Made by a program: the position numbers and the translations under genes | NCBI GenBank assembly: GCA_902624185.1 | Contig: CACNWU010000001.1 | Coordinates: 4,085-68,084 of the forward strand | Direction: 5' to 3' | DNA length: 64,000 nucleotides | Origin: an uncultured Pelagibacteraceae bacterium | Lineage (GTDB): Bacteria; Pseudomonadota; Alphaproteobacteria; Pelagibacterales; Pelagibacteraceae | Notes under the pieces: model-generated | The model's database searches: none | Told to the model about the DNA's origin: nothing | What the model saw: only the letters and a program-made list of their open reading frames with translations | Part shown: piece by piece, positions 40,420-50,951 of the stretch | Layout of the letters: each line of letters begins with the position of its first letter | How positions within the stretch are numbered: the stretch's first letter is position 1

Positions 40420-42199
40420 CTAATCTAAAATTAATTTCAACCTTTGCTCCGTTGGTAATAGGTATAAATAAAAGTTCTCCATTATGATCGTTTATTATCT
40501 TATTAACTATTGATAAACCTAGCCCCGTTCCATTTTTTTTTGTTGTAAAATAAGGATTAATAATTTCTTTAATATCATTTTTAAATTGATCAAAACCTAT
40601 TCCATTATCTTCTATAGTTATTTTGATATGATCATTATTGTCAAAAATTTCAATTGAAATTTTTTTCTTAAAATCACTCACTTTATCTGACTTTTGCTTT
40701 ATACTTTCTATCGAATTTTTTATCAAATTAAAAAAAACTCTATTTAATTGCTCTTTATCACAATTAATTATAATTTTATTATGAGTATTTACAATTTTAA
40801 TCTCAATACTTTTATCAAATTCTGATGATAATTTAATACTATCATTCAATATGGACACTAAGTCATTATCTTTAAAAACAGGTTTTGGCATTCTTGCAAA
40901 ATCAGAAAATTCATTTACCAGATTTTCTATTTGTTTAATTTGATTATTTATAATTTTCAAATTTTCTTTAAAATTATCTTGATCTTTTAAAACTAATTGA
41001 TCTGTATATTTATTCTTAAGTCTATCAATGGTTAGTTGTAGCGGGGTAAGAGGGTTTTTAATTTCATGAGCAAGTTTTCTTGCTAAATTACCCCAGGCTT
41101 CATGTCTCTCATTTATTATTAATTTAGATTGTTGATTTTTTAATCTTGTTATCATCGAATTAAAATTTTTATTTAATATCTCTAAATCTTTATCAGTTTT
41201 TATTTCAGGAACTTTAGTATCTAAATCACCCTCACCAATAGCTGTTGAAGCTAAAATTAAATTATTAATTGATCTAAAAAATCTTGAAGAAAATCTTATA
41301 GCTATTGAAATAGATAAAAAAAGTAACATTGTCACAATAATTATATAAATAATTGCAAACGAAATTTTGATACCACTGCTTTTTTCTTCTACAGTATAAT
41401 AAAAACTAATTGCCTCTTGAGACTCATTTAAATATCTAGAAATATCGGTCCCAAGAAATTTTACCACATATAGGAATCTATTTTCGAAAGCTTGTAATCT
41501 CATTATTGCTGCAGATCTGTTCTGAGGTGCATTAATAATCTTGAGCGGTCTATCATCATCAAGAACTAAATTAAGAGCTTTATCCATTGGAGGTATATAT
41601 TTGTCTTTATCTTCAAGAGAAGAAAATACTAAATTTTTATTATCATCAATTATATGAACTTCATCAACATCTCTTATTAATCTCTGAGTATTAAGGAATC
41701 TGAAATATTGATCTTCACTATTATTTAAAAATTTAGAACTTTTATTAACATCAAAAGCTACCAAAACTATATCGGCCTGAATCTTATTTCTAACTTCCTG
41801 AACATAACTTTTAGCAAGATCATAAGAATTATCTACAACAGTGGAAATTTTTTTATCAAAATATTTTTCTAATGCAAAAGAGAATAAAAAAAGAGAAAAT
41901 ATAGAAATTAATATTGAGGGAATTAGAGTAAATAATGAAAAATATGTTATATATTTCTTATTTGAATTTAATCCGTCTTTATCAATTTCGTTTTTAATTG
42001 ATTTTTTAATTTCATTAAAAATAAAAGCAAATAATAAAAAAAGTAAAAAAATATTTAAAAGTAATAAGTATTTTAAATTGTTTTGATTTAAATTTATAAA
42101 ACTTTTGTCTATAAACGTTAAAAAGGTTAAAAAACCTATAAATAGTGTGATACTAGATAGAATAATTATGAATATATTTTTTTTCAAAAACTCTAACAT
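40394..42199 (-). CDS. ntrY: Sensor histidine kinase NtrY (short form)
   Basis: TM-periplasmic-HAMP, AHEIKNPLTP, EFSDFARMP, GTGLGL; upstream of ntrX. Confidence 0.92.
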   Translation of the reverse strand: MLEFLKKNIFIIILSSITLFIGFLTFLTFIDKSFINLNQNNLKYLLLLNIFLLFLLFAFIFNEIKKSIKNEIDKDGLNSNKKYITYFSLFTLIPSILISIFSLFLFSFALEKYFDKKISTVVDNSYDLAKSYVQEVRNKIQADIVLVAFDVNKSSKFLNNSEDQYFRFLNTQRLIRDVDEVHIIDDNKNLVFSSLEDKDKYIPPMDKALNLVLDDDRPLKIINAPQNRSAAIMRLQAFENRFLYVVKFLGTDISRYLNESQEAISFYYTVEEKSSGIKISFAIIYIIIVTMLLFLSISIAIRFSSRFFRSINNLILASTAIGEGDLDTKVPEIKTDKDLEILNKNFNSMITRLKNQQSKLIINERHEAWGNLARKLAHEIKNPLTPLQLTIDRLKNKYTDQLVLKDQDNFKENLKIINNQIKQIENLVNEFSDFARMPKPVFKDNDLVSILNDSIKLSSEFDKSIEIKIVNTHNKIIINCDKEQLNRVFFNLIKNSIESIKQKSDKVSDFKKKISIEIFDNNDHIKITIEDNGIGFDQFKNDIKEIINPYFTTKKNGTGLGLSIVNKIINDHNGELLFIPITNGAKVEINFRLDGNRNFNS

Positions 42200-42225
42200 A
42201 ATTTAGAATTATAACATTTAAACAA

Positions 42226-43332
42226 ATGAACAACTATTTTGTAATATTAGCTGCTGGAAAAAGTAAGAGATTTCACTCAAAAGTGGCTAAACAATTCTAT
42301 AATTATAAAAATAAAGAAATTATTGATCACTCAATAGAAAAATCACTCAATTCAAGACTTTTTAAGAAAGTGATTATTGTTACGAATAAAATTAAACATT
42401 TCAGAAAAAAAAAATACTCAAAATTTATTAGTTTAATAAAAGGTGGAAAAGAAAGATCAGACTCTTCACTAAAAGCTTTAAAATATATTAAAAAGTATAA
42501 ACCAAAAAATGTTTTTATTCATGATGCTGCTAGGCCTGATTTTTCAATGAAATTACTCAGAAATTTAATTAGCCAATTAAAAAACCACAAAGCTGTTGTC
42601 CCTTTTCTTCATTCAAAAGATACAATTAAATACAAAGTCAAAAATGAATTGTTTAATTTAGATAGAAATATGGCATTTTTAACACAAACACCCCAAGCAT
42701 TTAGATTTAAAGATCTTTATAAACTTGCAGTTAAAGAAAAAAAAAAAATTACTGATGAGGCGACACTATTTATAAATAATAACTATAAAATTAAATTCAT
42801 AAAAGGTGAGTGTCAAAATAGTAAGATTACGTATATAAATGATACAAAGATTTCTAAAACATATTTTGGTATCGGCTTTGATATACATAAATTAGTCACA
42901 AATAAGAAACTTTACCTTGGTGGGATTAATATCCCTTTTCATTCCGGTCTTAAAGGGCATTCAGATGGTGATGTTATTTTACACGCTATTATTGATGCAA
43001 TACTTGGAGCTACTAAAAGAAAAGATATTGGTACTTATTTTCCAAACACTAAAAAATTTAAAAATATTAGATCACCAAAAATGATGAAAATCATTATGAA
43101 TAATCTCAATAAATCAAATTTTTATATTAATAATTTAGATATCAATTTAATTTGCGAACAACCAAAAGTTTCAAAATATAGAAATAAAATAATTTACTCG
43201 ATTTCAAAAATAATGAATTTAAATAAAGAACAAATTAACCTGAAAGGTAAAACTGTAGAAAAATTGGGATTAATTGGAAAAGAAAAAGCAATAGCTTGTG
43301 AAGCAATAATTTCAATTACAAAATATGATTAA
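42226..43332 (+). CDS. ispDF: Bifunctional IspD/IspF
   Basis: LAAGKSKR, HDAARP, QTPQ; GFDIH, HSDGDV, GKTVEKLG. Confidence 0.97.
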   Translation: MNNYFVILAAGKSKRFHSKVAKQFYNYKNKEIIDHSIEKSLNSRLFKKVIIVTNKIKHFRKKKYSKFISLIKGGKERSDSSLKALKYIKKYKPKNVFIHDAARPDFSMKLLRNLISQLKNHKAVVPFLHSKDTIKYKVKNELFNLDRNMAFLTQTPQAFRFKDLYKLAVKEKKKITDEATLFINNNYKIKFIKGECQNSKITYINDTKISKTYFGIGFDIHKLVTNKKLYLGGINIPFHSGLKGHSDGDVILHAIIDAILGATKRKDIGTYFPNTKKFKNIRSPKMMKIIMNNLNKSNFYINNLDINLICEQPKVSKYRNKIIYSISKIMNLNKEQINLKGKTVEKLGLIGKEKAIACEAIISITKYD

Positions 43333-43828
43333 AACCTTTAATACATTATTTGTTACAATGTTTGGCTTAGGAAAAGTCAAAAAAATTCCAGGCACCGTTG
43401 GTTCCTTAGCTACTATAATTATACTTTATATTCTTTTTCATATACTAAGCTTATCCTCAAATATAATATTGATAGGTTTAATATTTATATTTTTATATTC
43501 TTTCACAGCTGTTGCAAATCACATCAAAGATAAGGAAAATAAAGACCCAAAGGAAGTAATCATTGATGAATTTATTGGTCAATCTATTCCGATTTATCTC
43601 TACGAAATATCACATGGTATAAAAAAGTCATCTGATGATGCAATTATTTTTTATTGTGTATGCTTTATATTGTTTAGATTTTTCGACATAGTAAAACCAT
43701 TTCCTGTCAATTTTTTTGATAGAAATTTCAAAAACAGTTTTGGTGTGATTATGGATGATGTTTGTGCAGGATTTTATGTTGTTTTATCTTTAATTTGCTT
43801 TATGGTTTTAAGCAGTTATTTTATTTAA
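43325..43828 (+). CDS. pgpA: Phosphatidylglycerophosphatase A
   Basis: PGTVGSL, DPKEVIIDEFIG, FRFFDIVKP, GVIMDD. Confidence 0.95.
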   Translation: MIKTFNTLFVTMFGLGKVKKIPGTVGSLATIIILYILFHILSLSSNIILIGLIFIFLYSFTAVANHIKDKENKDPKEVIIDEFIGQSIPIYLYEISHGIKKSSDDAIIFYCVCFILFRFFDIVKPFPVNFFDRNFKNSFGVIMDDVCAGFYVVLSLICFMVLSSYFI

Positions 43829-44289
43829 TGAAATCTTTAATAAAAGTATTAATTAAAAAAAAACTTAAAATTTCGCTTGCAGAATCCTGCACTGGTGGAT
43901 TACTCGCAAGTACGATCACATCAATTAGTGGTGCATCCAAGATATTCAATTTAGGTTTAGTCACTTATTCAAATCAAGCAAAAATTAAAGTATTAAAAAT
44001 AAATAAAGATATCATAAAAAAATATGGTGCGGTAAGTCGAGAATGTTGTTTAGCTATGGTAAATAATTTATCTAAAATATCCAAAGCTAATATAAATGTT
44101 TCAATAACAGGTATAGCGGGCCCCAAAGGTGGAACTAAAACAAAGCCTGTGGGTTTGGTTTTTATTGGATTAAAAAAAGGTAATAAAACACAAATTATAA
44201 AATGTTTTTTTAAAAGCAAGAAAAGATCATTAATACAAAAAGCAACAGTTAAAAAAGCTTTAAGTTTAGTTCTTAGAATTGCTAAATAG
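43828..44289 (+). CDS. cinA: CinA C-terminal domain / NMN deamidase (PncC-like)
   Basis: AESCTGG, GAVS, SITGIAGP..G, KPVGLV; likely start ATG 43828 overlapping the pgpA stop. Confidence 0.92.
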   Translation: MKSLIKVLIKKKLKISLAESCTGGLLASTITSISGASKIFNLGLVTYSNQAKIKVLKINKDIIKKYGAVSRECCLAMVNNLSKISKANINVSITGIAGPKGGTKTKPVGLVFIGLKKGNKTQIIKCFFKSKKRSLIQKATVKKALSLVLRIAK

Positions 44290-44724
44290 TTCTTCTGCCC
44301 TTTTCTGAAAAGCGTCTGCTATTTTTTCCAATCCGAATTGAAAAGAAACTATCATTAAAGAATTCAAAAACTTATTATTAATTTCAAAATCAATATCGAA
44401 AGTTACTTCTGTAATTCCATTTTCTTTATTAGAAAAAAACCAATTATTTGACAGATGGTTTAATGGACCTTCTATATTCTTAACATATATTGTGTCTTTT
44501 TTTTTATTAAACACTACATCACTTTTATAGGTATCTTTGAATGGTCCTTTACCAATAGTTAAATCAGCTATTATCTTTGTCAAATCTCCCTGATTTTTAT
44601 TTTCATATACTTTTGCGTCATAACAAAATGGGACAAATTGAGGATATTTTTCAATATCAAGAACTAGATTAATTAAATCTTTTTTTTGACATTCAATTAA
44701 CCTCTTTACAGAAGCTTTTGGCAT
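44266..44724 (-). CDS. START-domain Coq10/RatA family protein
   Basis: LVLDIEKYPQFVP, GP, AFQKRA. Confidence 0.9.
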   Translation of the reverse strand: MPKASVKRLIECQKKDLINLVLDIEKYPQFVPFCYDAKVYENKNQGDLTKIIADLTIGKGPFKDTYKSDVVFNKKKDTIYVKNIEGPLNHLSNNWFFSNKENGITEVTFDIDFEINNKFLNSLMIVSFQFGLEKIADAFQKRAEELFSNSKN

Positions 44725-45656
44725 TAATTCAAATTTAATCTTTTTTTCTTTAATTTAGCAAAATCTTCGTCTGCATGATATGAAGATCTTGTTAAGGGTG
44801 ATGATGAAACTAATAAAAATCCTTTTGATCTTGCAATTAATTCTAGTTCCTTAAACTCATCTGGATGATAATATCTTTCAAGAGGATGGTGTTTTACCGA
44901 AGGTTGAAGGTATTGACCAATCGTCAAAAAATCCACATTTGCTGATCTTAAGTCATCCATTACTTGAATAATTTCATTGTGTTCCTCACCTAAACCAACC
45001 ATAATTCCGGATTTAGTAAAAATATTGCTATTATGATTCTTAGCATTTTTTAATAATTCTAGAGATGCAAAATATCTCGCACCTGGTCTTACTTTTAAAT
45101 AAAGTCTAGGAACAGTTTCTATATTATGATTGAAGACATCGGGATTTGCTTCTAATATTTTCTTATAAGAGTCTCCTTTTCTCAAAAAATCTGGTGTTAA
45201 AACTTCTATTGTAGTACTTGGGTTTTTTCTTCTTGTAGTTTCAACAACTTTTTTAAAGTGCTCTGAACCTCCATCGATTAAATCATCTCTATCCACAGAT
45301 GTAATTACTACATGTCTTAAAGACAACTTATTTACTGCGTTGGCAATTTTAATATCCTCAAAAGGATCTAATTTCTCTGGTTTGCCTGTTTTAACATCAC
45401 AGAAAGCGCAAGCTCTTGTACAGGTATCACCCATTATCATAAAAGTAGCATGTCTTTTACTCCAACATTCTGTTATATTAGGGCAGTTCGCTTCTTGGCA
45501 TACAGTAACTAGGTTGCTTTTATTAACCACAGTCTTGGTTAAAAAAAATTCTCTACTGTTAACTAATTTTGATCTTATCCAATCAGGTTTTTTTTTTATA
45601 GGATTAATCGGATTCTTTACTTTTTCAGGGTGCCTAAATTTAATTTTTTGTGCCAT
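44724..45656 (-). CDS. lipA: Lipoyl synthase
   Basis: [26 protein letters not shown]. Confidence 0.99.
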   Translation of the reverse strand: MAQKIKFRHPEKVKNPINPIKKKPDWIRSKLVNSREFFLTKTVVNKSNLVTVCQEANCPNITECWSKRHATFMIMGDTCTRACAFCDVKTGKPEKLDPFEDIKIANAVNKLSLRHVVITSVDRDDLIDGGSEHFKKVVETTRRKNPSTTIEVLTPDFLRKGDSYKKILEANPDVFNHNIETVPRLYLKVRPGARYFASLELLKNAKNHNSNIFTKSGIMVGLGEEHNEIIQVMDDLRSANVDFLTIGQYLQPSVKHHPLERYYHPDEFKELELIARSKGFLLVSSSPLTRSSYHADEDFAKLKKKRLNLN

Positions 45657-45948
45657 TAGTTTGTATTAAATAAATTTGTTCATTTTTTTTTCCATATATG
45701 AATCTTTCTCTAATCAAAGTCTCAACATAATCAAGATCCAGATTGTCACTTAATAAAGAATTCTTGAAATCCAAGTCTGTAATTTGACTTATTATTGTAG
45801 ATTCTTTATTTTTAAGAGTATTTAAAACATTTTTTTTCTCAAAATAGGAAATAAGACCTCTTTGTCCTGATAAAAGATTAAAGAAAAAATATAAAATTAA
45901 AAAAGTAGAGATTAATAAAAAATAATTTTTTTTTAATTTTTTCAACAT
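45640..45948 (-). CDS. ftsB: Septum formation initiator FtsB/DivIC family
   Basis: TM + G.RGL + coiled coil + DLDYVE; downstream of eno. Confidence 0.85.
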   Translation of the reverse strand: MLKKLKKNYFLLISTFLILYFFFNLLSGQRGLISYFEKKNVLNTLKNKESTIISQITDLDFKNSLLSDNLDLDYVETLIRERFIYGKKNEQIYLIQTNGTKN

Positions 45949-47204
45949 TAATGAAGTTTATTCATTCTAGCTTTTTTTCCAAGTTCTTCTTCTATACGTA
46001 TTAATTGATTATACTTAGCTACTCTTTCAGATCTGGCTAAAGAACCTGTTTTAATTTGATTTGAATTAGTCCCTACAGCTAGATCAGCAATAAATGTATC
46101 TTCACTGTCTCCTGATCTGTGAGAAATTATTGTTTTAAAGCCAATAATTTGTGCGAATTTTATTACTTCCATTGTTTCAGAAACTGTACCTATTTGATTA
46201 AGTTTAATTAAAATAGAATTAGATGATAAATTTAAAAATCCTTTTTTAAGTCTCTCTAAATTTGTAACATAAAGATCATCACCAACAAGTTGAACATCAT
46301 TAATTGATTTCATCAATTTACTCCATGATGACCAATCATTTTCAGCAAAAGGATCTTCAATTGATCTAATCTTATATTTTTTTATTATTTTTTTATATTC
46401 TTTAATGGATTCTTCAACTGTTAAATATTTTTTGGAGTGAATTGAATATTTTTTATTTTTATAAAGTTCATTAGCAGCAACATCTAAACAAATTGATACA
46501 TCTCTTCCGTTAACAAATCCCGATTTTTTAATTGCTAAAACAATCAAGTCCATTGCTTGATTATTGTTATTTATCATTGGTGCAAAACCACCTTCATCAC
46601 CAACAGATGTTGATAAGCCTTTCGATTTAATAATTTTACTTAAGTTTTTAATTACCAAATAACAAATTCTCATTGCATCTGAAAAATTTTTTGCTTTATC
46701 AGGTCTGATCATAAATTCTTGAATTCTTAGACCATTATTAGCGTGAGCTCCTCCATTTATAATATTCATTAATGGATATGGTAATTGAAAATTTTTTTTT
46801 ATTAAAAAAGTTTTATACAAAGGAACTTTTTTCAATTTAGCTGAGAGTTTTTTTGCAGCCATTGAAACTGCTAAGATTGAATTTGCACCAAGTTTGGTTT
46901 TTTGTCTTGTTCCATCCAAATTAATCATTATTGTGTCAATTTTTTCTTGATTATGGACGCTACACCCTTTAAGTTTTTTTGAAATTTCTGAATTAATTAA
47001 TTTTACGGCTTTAAAAACACTTTTACCTAGATATCTTTTATTAACATTATCTCTTTTTTCAAAAGCTTCATACGTTCCTGTAGAGGCACCCGAGGGGCAA
47101 ATTGCTGCTGCACTAGATTTTGATGAATAAACTTCAGCTTCAACAGTAGGATTTCCTCTACTATCAAAAACTTGACGAGCTATAACCTTAATAATTTTAT
47201 CCAT
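45948..47204 (-). CDS. eno: Enolase
   Basis: DSRGNPTVE, NGGAHA, GDEGGF, SHRSG, KTGS..RSER. Confidence 0.99.
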   Translation of the reverse strand: MDKIIKVIARQVFDSRGNPTVEAEVYSSKSSAAAICPSGASTGTYEAFEKRDNVNKRYLGKSVFKAVKLINSEISKKLKGCSVHNQEKIDTIMINLDGTRQKTKLGANSILAVSMAAKKLSAKLKKVPLYKTFLIKKNFQLPYPLMNIINGGAHANNGLRIQEFMIRPDKAKNFSDAMRICYLVIKNLSKIIKSKGLSTSVGDEGGFAPMINNNNQAMDLIVLAIKKSGFVNGRDVSICLDVAANELYKNKKYSIHSKKYLTVEESIKEYKKIIKKYKIRSIEDPFAENDWSSWSKLMKSINDVQLVGDDLYVTNLERLKKGFLNLSSNSILIKLNQIGTVSETMEVIKFAQIIGFKTIISHRSGDSEDTFIADLAVGTNSNQIKTGSLARSERVAKYNQLIRIEEELGKKARMNKLH

Positions 47205-48099
47205 TCAGCTTATATTTTAAGTGGACAAAAAATAATTTAACTACTTTAATAATACTGTATGGCTTTGTAAATTTTTGAAACAAATCATAATTGTCATCAA
47301 ATAATTTAGCATTATCAATATTGCTGATTTTCTCAGAATATCTTTTTGGGATAGCTACCAAAATTATTTGCATATTGTCTCTAAAATTTTTTGGAACTCC
47401 AGCCCTGTGAAAAATTTGCGGTGAGCTGAATAAACAGCAGTCACCAATTTTTCCTACATTTTTTTTAATTAAAGATTTGTCACCTAACACATTGTAATTA
47501 TGCCTGTCTTTGTAATTAAAAGATTTTATAAAAGAATTTCTGTTTTCTCTAGGCACGACTTCTAGTGGACCATCTTCTTCATTAATATCCATCAAATTTA
47601 CAAATATTTTACTATATGTCATTAAGTAACTGTCTTGATGAAAATGATTTGAAAAATGTTCTTTATCAAGATTGAGTGCATCATTATGATTATAATTTCT
47701 CCAAATTGTAACATCCGGTATAGAAATTTCACAATTAAAATAATTTTCAAGTTTTTTAACAAAAGGTAAAAGTTTTTCCTTAATTTTTAATATCAAATTG
47801 ATTTTATCAATTTCATTTAATTCTAAAGGTACTTTTTTAATTCCGTCTTTAATATATTGATCATTGATAAAAAACTTATTCTTATATTCCTCTATCTCAT
47901 TTTTAAAAGACATGTCAATTTTTACAAAACCTGATTTGTGAAATTGTAAAATTTCTTTATCTTCTATATTTATATTAACTATAAATTTTCTGTAAAAATA
48001 ATTAAATAAAATATAAATAAATGGTAATCTTTGTTTAAAAAATTTTACTGAAAATTTTTTACTATTTAAATTAATATATTTATATAATTTCAAATTCAT
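47197..48099 (-). CDS. Hypothetical protein, PhyH-like Fe(II)/2-oxoglutarate dioxygenase fold
   Basis: HQD (HxD), L.DI..EDGP..V.P, GD..LF....FHRAG....R. Confidence 0.65.
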   Translation of the reverse strand: MNLKLYKYINLNSKKFSVKFFKQRLPFIYILFNYFYRKFIVNINIEDKEILQFHKSGFVKIDMSFKNEIEEYKNKFFINDQYIKDGIKKVPLELNEIDKINLILKIKEKLLPFVKKLENYFNCEISIPDVTIWRNYNHNDALNLDKEHFSNHFHQDSYLMTYSKIFVNLMDINEEDGPLEVVPRENRNSFIKSFNYKDRHNYNVLGDKSLIKKNVGKIGDCCLFSSPQIFHRAGVPKNFRDNMQIILVAIPKRYSEKISNIDNAKLFDDNYDLFQKFTKPYSIIKVVKLFFVHLKYKLNG

Positions 48100-48165
48100 A
48101 ATCTAATTCATAATATCAGAATTGAAAATTTGTACAATTTTCATCAAATATTTTTCGAATAAATT

Positions 48166-48990
48166 CTATTTTTTGATTAATTTATCAATATCGCTCAATT
48201 GATTTAATAAATGCTCTAATTTGTTTAATGGTATCATATTTGGACCATCAGATGGTGCATTATCAGGATCTTGGTGAGTTTCAATAAATACCCCGGCAAC
48301 ACCTACAGCAACAGCAGCTCTAGCTAAATATTCAACGAACTCCCTTTGTCCTCCAGATGACTCCCCTTGACCACCAGGCTGTTGAACTGAGTGGGTTGCA
48401 TCAAATATCACAGGATAACCATTTTTTGCCATAATAGGTAAAGATCTCATATCTGAAACTAAAGTATTATAACCAAAACTAGCCCCTCTTTCCGTTACCA
48501 AAATGTTATTATTTCCTGAATCGGAAATCTTTTTAGTAACATTGACCATATCCCATGGTGCTAAAAACTGACCTTTTTTAACATTAATAATCTTTTTAGT
48601 TTTGGCGGCAGCAATTAGTAAGTCTGTTTGTCTACACAAGAAAGCAGGTATTTGTAAAACATCAACATGATTAGCTACTATAGAACATTGTTCTGCGTTA
48701 TGAACATCAGTCAGAATTGGAATCTTTAATTCTTTTTTTATTTTATCAAAAACTGGTAACGACACATCTAGGCCAGCACCTCTTTTACCCTTTAAGCTTG
48801 TTCTATTTGCTTTATCAAATGAAGTTTTATAAATAAACCCAAGATTAAATTTCTTAGTAATTTCTTGTATTTTTCCTGCCATATCCATTGCATGCTGCTC
48901 AGTCTCTAGTTGACAAGGACCAGCTATAATACAAATCTTATTTTCATTTGAGATTTCTAAATTTTTACAATTTACTTTAATATTACTCAT
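48166..48990 (-). CDS. kdsA: KDO-8-phosphate synthase
   Basis: AGPC, KANRTS, QIPAFLCRQTDL, DATHSVQ. Confidence 0.98.
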   Translation of the reverse strand: MSNIKVNCKNLEISNENKICIIAGPCQLETEQHAMDMAGKIQEITKKFNLGFIYKTSFDKANRTSLKGKRGAGLDVSLPVFDKIKKELKIPILTDVHNAEQCSIVANHVDVLQIPAFLCRQTDLLIAAAKTKKIINVKKGQFLAPWDMVNVTKKISDSGNNNILVTERGASFGYNTLVSDMRSLPIMAKNGYPVIFDATHSVQQPGGQGESSGGQREFVEYLARAAVAVGVAGVFIETHQDPDNAPSDGPNMIPLNKLEHLLNQLSDIDKLIKK

Positions 48991-50603
48991 TTATGATTTT
49001 TTGATGCCTTGATAAATGATGAGAATAATGGATGTGGAGACAAAGGTCTAGATTTAAATTCAGGATGAAATTGAACACCAATGAACCATGGATGATTTTT
49101 AAGCTCGATTATTTCAGGTAATTTGCCATCTGGAGACAATCCTGAAAAATCCATACCATTTTTCTCAAATTTTTCTTTATAAGCTATATTGACTTCATAT
49201 CTATGACGGTGTCTTTCTTTGATTAAATTTTTATTATAAATCTTATGTATCATTGAATTTTCTTTTAATTTTGCATCATAAGAACCTAATCTCATAGTGC
49301 CTCCAAGCTGTTTATCCGTGCCTTTAATTCTTTTACCATCTTTTGTCCATTCATTTATTAAACCTATAATGTGTAAACCCTTTTTATCAAATTCACTTGA
49401 TGTAGCTTTTTTCAAATTTAGTTTATTTCTTGCAAATTCTATAATAGCCATTTGCATTCCATAGCAAATTCCAAGAAATGGAATTTTATTATTTCTAGCA
49501 AATTTAATAGCTTCAATCTTTCCATCTGTGCCTCTTTTGCCAAACCCTCCTGGAATCAAAATTCCAGAAATATTTTGAAGTTTTGCCTTTATTTCAGATA
49601 TTTTCAGATTTTCTGAGTCTATTCTTACAAGATTAACTTTTACATTATTTTCAATACCACCATGTGTAAGCGCTTCATCTAGAGATTTATATGCATCTTT
49701 TAATTCAACATATTTACCTATTATTGCTATATTCACTTGTTTTTTATTTTGCAAAATAGTTTTAGTGATTTTCTTCCATGGAGTTAAATTTACAGGCTTT
49801 TTAGATTTTAATTTGAAATAATTTAATACTTGAATATCTAATTTTTCTTTAAAAAAACTTATTGGAGCTTCATAAATTGTTCGAACATCAACTGTTTCTA
49901 TTACATTCTTAATACCTACATTACAAAATAAAGATATTTTTTTTCTATGTTCTAGGGGTATTGGTCTTTCAGACCTACAAATAATTATATCTGGCTGAAT
50001 ACCTATACTTCTTAATTCTTTTACTGAATGTTGTGTTGGTTTTGTTTTAATTTCATCAGAAGACTTTAAATAAGGAACAAGTGTAAGATGGATAAAAAGT
50101 GCATTTTTTTTTCCAATATCATTTGCAAATTGTCTTATTGCTTCAACAAAAGGTAAACTCTCAATATCACCAACTATTCCACCAATCTCGCAAATAACGA
50201 AATCCTCTTTTGCAGAGTCATTTTTAATAAACTCTTTTATACGATCTGTTATATGTGGAATTACTTGAACTGTTTTGCCTAAATACTTTCCTTTTCTTTC
50301 TTTCTTAAGAACATCGCTATAAATTTTTCCTGTAGTGATATTATCTGATTTTTTTGCTGAAACACCTGAAAATCTTTCGTAATGCCCGAGATCTAAATCA
50401 GTTTCTGCACCGTCATCTGTAACAAAAACTTCTCCGTGTTGAAAAGGACTCATTGTTCCTGGATCAACATTTAAATAAGGATCTAATTTTCTTAATCTTA
50501 CCTTATAACCTCGTGATTGTAGTAAATATGCTAATGAAGCAGATGACAATCCTTTACCTAAAGATGAAACCACGCCGCCTGTGACAAATATATATCGCGC
50601 CAT
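48987..50603 (-). CDS. pyrG: CTP synthase
   Basis: GGVVSSLGKG, GICYGMQ, RHRHRYE, QFHPE. Confidence 0.99.
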   Translation of the reverse strand: MARYIFVTGGVVSSLGKGLSSASLAYLLQSRGYKVRLRKLDPYLNVDPGTMSPFQHGEVFVTDDGAETDLDLGHYERFSGVSAKKSDNITTGKIYSDVLKKERKGKYLGKTVQVIPHITDRIKEFIKNDSAKEDFVICEIGGIVGDIESLPFVEAIRQFANDIGKKNALFIHLTLVPYLKSSDEIKTKPTQHSVKELRSIGIQPDIIICRSERPIPLEHRKKISLFCNVGIKNVIETVDVRTIYEAPISFFKEKLDIQVLNYFKLKSKKPVNLTPWKKITKTILQNKKQVNIAIIGKYVELKDAYKSLDEALTHGGIENNVKVNLVRIDSENLKISEIKAKLQNISGILIPGGFGKRGTDGKIEAIKFARNNKIPFLGICYGMQMAIIEFARNKLNLKKATSSEFDKKGLHIIGLINEWTKDGKRIKGTDKQLGGTMRLGSYDAKLKENSMIHKIYNKNLIKERHRHRYEVNIAYKEKFEKNGMDFSGLSPDGKLPEIIELKNHPWFIGVQFHPEFKSRPLSPHPLFSSFIKASKNHK

Positions 50604-50643
50604 GGAAGTATCTTATAGCGAAAAAAAATGAAATTGAAAAGTA

Positions 50644-50946
50644 TTAATTATTGTTTTCTGGGATAGTTGGTGTGTCCTCTGTTTTTTCATCAACAGTATC
50701 TAAAACTGAGGAAGTAGGAGTTAAATCACCTCTAGAAATAATCGTTAATCCAAGACTACATATTATGAATAAAGTTGCCACCACAGCTGTTGCTTTTGTC
50801 ATAAAATTGCCAGCTGTTCTTGAAAACATAAAATTTTCTTGTGAAACTCCTATTCCCAGCGCTCCACCCTCTGATTTTTGCATTAAAACTAATAAAACTA
50901 AAATTACCGCAAAAACAATGTTTAGGATTAATAATATATTTTCCAT
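50644..50946 (-). CDS. secG: Preprotein translocase subunit SecG
   Basis: VLMQKSEGG, two TM; between tpiA and pyrG. Confidence 0.95.
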   Translation of the reverse strand: MENILLILNIVFAVILVLLVLMQKSEGGALGIGVSQENFMFSRTAGNFMTKATAVVATLFIICSLGLTIISRGDLTPTSSVLDTVDEKTEDTPTIPENNN

Positions 50947-50951
50947 TGGGG

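Noticed and set aside
43762-43827. N-terminal extension of cinA
   Set aside because: Overlaps pgpA by 67 bp from a non-ATG start; the coupled ATG at 43828 is more plausible
44266-44724. Possible toxin-antitoxin system (RatA)
   Set aside because: No adjacent RatB/antitoxin; the family is Coq10-like ubiquinone-binding and sits in a housekeeping context
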